Below the pieces are notes generated by a model. It searched no databases. It was not told where the DNA came from and saw only the letters and a list, made by a program, of their open reading frames with translations. From Octopus bimaculoides (Eukaryota), in the NCBI RefSeq assembly GCF_001194135.2, contig NC_069001.1, positions 33,752,444 through 33,792,040 of the forward strand: a DNA stretch of 39,597 nucleotides, in the 5' to 3' direction. The first letter of the stretch is position 1. Each line of letters begins with the position of its first letter. Made by a program: the position numbers and the translations under genes. Below are positions 35,597-39,597 of the stretch, one piece after another.

Positions 35597-36060
35597 ATAT
35601 ATAACCAAGGAGAACGATCCTTAAGGAGTCTACTTTAGACTTTTTGCGGTGAAATCTCTTGCTATATTGGTAACGATTACATGTTTTTCTCATCATCAAC
35701 ACATTGTGGAGATATCATATGAACAAATATATATATATATATTATTTAAAAGAGTTCCAACTCTGTCTGTTTTTCATGTTTTATTTATATTCTTATAAAA
35801 TTAATGTGAGATTTCAATGAGGCCATTAGTTGTCCTAAAGCTATGTTTAAAAAAACATTATTTCAACGTATTATCCAGATGGATCGATCTAGTAACCATC
35901 TGCTGGTGAATTGAACTTCATAACCACACAGTCGGGCTTGCGCCCAGTTGCAACAGAATTTATTCATTTCCCTGGCACTTGTCCTATCTCGACCAGATTG
36001 TTCTTTCTTCCCAGATTCGTAGGGAAGATACTGGAAACTGAATTTATTTAAAATACTGAC

Positions 36061-36171
36061 CTTGTTAGCGTCAGTAGATTCGCATGTTTTGGTTACATTC
36101 TCAACCACGACTCCATTCACCATCTTAGTTTCTACACAAGTGGTCGTAGTAACTTTCTGGTTTTGAGACAT
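36061..36171 (-). CDS. GLIPR2: GAPR-1/GLIPR2-like CAP protein, first coding exon (37 aa)
   Basis: Acceptor tttcccAG at 36187-86, 14 nt of UTR, ATG at 36171. MSQNQKVTTTTCVETKMVNGVVVENVTKTCESTDANK, donor AAG|GTCAGT in phase 0, in frame with exon 2. Linkage is inferred from splice signals and phase only. Confidence 0.7.
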
Positions 36172-36219
36172 CTTAAATGGTATGCCTGGGAAATTAACTG
36201 AAAAATGATGAAAACTTTT

Positions 36220-36232
36220 ATTATCATCATCA

Positions 36233-36294
<62 letters not shown>

Positions 36295-36357
36295 GTTATT
36301 AATATTACTAAATGCTTAGTGGTATTTCGTCTGAGGCTTGTGCTTCCAGTAGAAAGA

Positions 36358-36403
<46 letters not shown>

Positions 36404-36405
36404 GT
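36220..36405. repeat. (ATT)n arrays flanking a tiny family B SINE remnant
   Basis: attattatt tracts, with aaatgcttagtggtatttcgtc...agtagaaagaatt between them. Confidence 0.85.
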
Positions 36406-36414
36406 ATTACGGTG

Positions 36415-36790
36415 TTAGTCTGATAACTAAAACAAGTGTATGAAAATCTTGTACTTTGAGCACACGTTTGTATGGGGAAGAAGTATGGACTGCCTAGTAC
36501 AGTCATAAAGAAACTTGAAACCTCCCACATGTGCATTTTGCGCAATATTAGCAACATAAAATAACAAGAAAAAATATCAAATGTCAAAATCTCAGAAAAA
36601 TGTGATATTTTCAATATCAAAGCATGCTGCAGGGAATTTAAAGCATTTGGGTAGGACATGTTGTTCAAATGAAAGATGATCGCATTCCAAAAGTTTTTTG
36701 TATGGTTAACAAGAAGAGAGACGCTGCGGTAAAGGAGGACCCGTCTTTAGGTATAAGGAGAAGTTGAAGCACTCACTAAAGTCTCCACAA
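36415..36790 (+). mobile_element. Second RTE LINE 3' fragment (same family as 12060-12420)
   Basis: Alignable blocks: ttgagcacac.tttgtatggg.cagaag, aagaaacttgaaacc, aatgtcaaaatct.agaaaaatgtgatat, ttcaaatgaaagatga.cgcatt. Confidence 0.85.
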
Positions 36791-37304
36791 CTTAATTTGA
36801 CATCCTGAGAAAGTAAAATGTTCCGTGATGCACCAAAACAATTTGAGTTGAAGAAACAGAACAATGAAAGAATTATATCCTGCAATCAACAGGTACATTT
36901 GTCCAATTTCATACAAAATCACTGTCCCCCAAAAACCAATGACATCGGCGTTTAACATTCTTATAGAGCATCCACTTTTTTTTTCTTGCGTGAATAAAGC
37001 GCAGTGCAGATATTGACACGTTATCTTCGATTGTTTTTACTCAGTTCATGTGGAACCCACTTGCCAAGCTTAGAGACGATTCCAAATTCTTGCAAATGGC
37101 GATGGACTATTGGTGACGATGAATTAACCTTTTCTTGGAGTGTCGTGAAATATATCTTGGAGATTTTCGGAAAAGAACAATCCAAGAGCATACGCAAAAT
37201 TCGAGCGTAAATATAAATTAACTATATAAATCGTAAATACGGTAAATATAAATCAATTACATTACATGACGAACAGCAGTTTTGCTATGATAAATTACAT
37301 TTCT

Positions 37305-37490
37305 AAGGCGGCAGAAACGTTAGTGCGCCGGGCGAAATGTTTCGCGGTATTTCGTCTGTCTTTAGGTCCTGAGTTCAAATTCCGCCGAGGTCGACTGTGC
37401 CTTTCATCCTTTCGGGGTCGATAAATTAAGTACCAGTTGCCCCCTCCCCCCAAATTTCGGGCTTTGTGCCTAGAGTACAAAAGAATATAT
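37305..37490 (+). mobile_element. Family B SINE in CAP intron 1
   Basis: ggcggcagaaacgttagtgcgccgggcgaaatg...ctgagttcaaattccgccgaggtcgactgtgcctttcatcctttcggggtcgataaattaagtaccag...ctttgtgcctagagta. Confidence 0.9.
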
Positions 37491-38683
37491 AACATTTCTG
37501 CATTTAAACCGGGGTTATCTGTAAGTAAATTGTTTAGTAGTCCTAGTAGATTTTAATTTTTGATTGACTTATAATTTACATAAATTATTCTGTGTTAATT
37601 TTAATCGATTTTTAATTTTAGATTTAAACATGGACAAATTTTTATTGAGACCACAGAAAAATGAGAAAGAGAGAAATAGCAAACAAGACGACCACCAGAA
37701 CAAAAANNNNNNNNNNNNNNNNNNNNNNNNNNNNNNNNNNNNNNNNNNNNNNNNNNNNNNNNNNNNNNNNNNNNNNNNNNNNNNNNNNNNNNNNNNNNNN
37801 NNNNNNNNNNNNNNNNNNNNNNNNNNNNNNNNNNNNNNNNNNNNNNNNNNNNNNNNNNNNNNNNNNNNNNNNNNNNNNNNNNNNNNNNNNNNNNNNNNNN
37901 NNNNNNNNNNNNNNNNNNNNNNNNNNNNNNNNNNNNNNNNNNNNNNNNNNNNNNNNNNNNNNNNNNNNNNNNNNNNNNNNNNNNNNNNNNNNNNNNNNNN
38001 NNNNNNNNNNNNNNNNNNNNNNNNNNNNNNNNNNNNNNNNNNNNNNNNNNNNNNNNNNNNNNNNNNNNNNNNNNNNNNNNNNNNNNNNNNNNNNNNNNNN
38101 NNNNNNNNNNNNNNNNNNNNNNNNNNNNNNNNNNNNNNNNNNNNNNNNNNNNNNNNNNNNNNNNNNNNNNNNNNNNNNNNNNNNNNNNNNNNNNNNNNNN
38201 NNNNNNNNNNNNNNNNNNNNNNNNNNNNNNNNNNNNNNNNNNNNNNNNNNNNNNNNNNNNNNNNNNNNNNNNNNNNNNNNNNNNNNNNNNNNNNNNNNNN
38301 NNNNNNNNNNNNNNNNNNNNNNNNNNNNNNNNNNNNNNNNNNNNNNNNNNNNNNNNNNNNNNNNNNNNNNNNNNNNNNNNNNNNNNNNNNNNNNNNNNNN
38401 NNNNNNNNNNNNNNNNNNNNNNNNNNNNNNNNNNNNNNNNNNNNNNNNNNNNNNNNNNNNNNNNNNNNNNNNNNNNNNNNNNNNNNNNNNNNNNNNNNNN
38501 NNNNNNNNNNNNNNNNNNNNNNNNNNNNNNNNNNNNNNNNNNNNNNNNNNNNNNNNNNNNNNNNNNNNNNNNNNNNNNNNNNNNNNNNNNNNNNNNNNNN
38601 NNNNNNNNNNNNNNNNNNNNNNNNNNNNNNNNNNNNNNNNNNNNNNNNNNNNNNNNNNNNNNNNNNNNNNNNNNNNNNNNNNN

Positions 38684-38786
38684 GATGAAAATCCACTGTC
38701 ACATATAGAAAAATTAATAATTAAAAGCACATAAGTATAATATAATACAAAGTAAATATCATAAGATAATGATAATATCATTATTA

Positions 38787-38829
<43 letters not shown>

Positions 38830-38937
38830 CATTAAAATTATTATCTTTATCTTATGATATTTACTTTGTATTATATTATACTTATTTATTGTGCTTTGAC
38901 TTATTAATTTTTTTATATATGACAGTGGATTTCCATC
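38684..38937. repeat. Inverted repeat (arms about 38684-38776 and 38838-38937) enclosing (ATT)n
   Basis: gatgaaaatccactgtcacatatagaaaaattaataa...aaatatcataagataa is the reverse complement of ttatcttatgatattt...tatatgacagtggatttccatc, with a few mismatches and a 6-nt indel. The left end abuts an N-gap. Confidence 0.8.
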
Positions 38938-39132
38938 GATGAGTTCATGAACCTTGGTTCTTTTCCCTAAAACTATATATATATATATATACACACATAT
39001 ACATGCATGCATACATACATACATACACACACACACACATACAATGCACATATAAAAATACTGACAATTCAGAATTTAATACAAACAATCCAGTATTTAA
39101 AGTCAAAACCCAGAAATGCAAAAGACACCCAC

Positions 39133-39215
39133 CTGTCAGAGGAGAAAAATGCAAAGTTCAGTCGTGTAGCAGACGATGTGCGCGTTTGATCAATCGGCAG
39201 ACTATCGTGGATTAG
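39133..39215 (-). other. Probable non-coding first exon of the CAP gene
   Basis: Donor CAG|GTGGGT at 39132-31, no ATG, TATA-like element about 25-30 nt upstream. Conserved with 2520-2600. TSS approximate. Confidence 0.55.
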
Positions 39216-39237
39216 TGCGTTTCGTTGTTGTCTCCGT

Positions 39238-39245
39238 CTTATATA
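39238..39245 (-). promoter_or_regulatory. TATA box candidate (TATATAAG)
   Basis: Plus-strand cttatata, positioned just upstream of the putative first exon. Confidence 0.45.
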
Positions 39246-39364
39246 TTGTCACAATCTTAATCTTCCGCCTCTCCCTCCTCATTTTTTGTAAAGCAATCTT
39301 AATATCAGTCATTTGTAATGTGCATCCGGTCCATGTCAGTCAGAGAAAATAGATATATATATAT

Positions 39365-39384
39365 AAAGAGATAGATAGATAGCT

Positions 39385-39440
<56 letters not shown>

Positions 39441-39474
39441 GTAGGTAGATGGATAGGTAGATAGATAGATAGCT

Positions 39475-39510
<36 letters not shown>

Positions 39511-39515
39511 GTAGA
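39365..39515. repeat. (GATA)n tetranucleotide microsatellite
   Basis: Direct reading. Confidence 0.95.
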
Positions 39516-39597
39516 TACATTTCTTTTATTAGCCACACAGGGCTCAACGAAGATGGGACAAATACAATGTAGAGCTTTTCTTTTTGGGAGGGGGAAG

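Noticed and set aside
35863-36060. In-frame read-through of the first coding exon into intron 2 (102-aa ORF)
   Set aside because: A good GTCAGT donor lies at 36060 and the extension has no recognisable features; likely a chance open frame.

Overview
AT-rich, microsatellite-dense animal DNA with nine N-gaps (839-1175, 4017-4351, 6825-6860, 17619-18226, 20404-21297, 26529-27023, 28069-28373, 37707-38683 are the eight I delimited; boundaries read by eye). The tRNA-derived SINE families and repeat landscape suggest an octopus genome (inference, not database-checked). One intact protein-coding gene can be assembled on the minus strand: a 215-aa GAPR-1/GLIPR2-like CAP (SCP/PR-1) protein. It has four coding exons (36061-36171, 32708-33011, 30764-30841, 29405-29559), all with GT-AG introns and matching phases, and a probable TATA-driven non-coding first exon near 39133-39215. 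A diverged copy of that first exon and its splice donor lies at about 2520-2600, which suggests a tandem paralogue running off the left edge. Two identical tRNA-Asn(GTT) genes sit in ~230-bp direct repeats that flank a SINE exactly. The rest is transposon debris: three SINE families, RTE LINE fragments (one with twin-priming-type 5' inversion geometry), a CRE-type RLE fragment, a Penelope RT fragment, mariner, Tc1-like, pogo/Tigger and hAT-type relics, and four unrelated long fold-back inverted repeats next to simple repeats. Most ORFs in the supplied track are microsatellite or gap artefacts. Repeat boundaries are approximate unless a TSD or TIR is quoted.
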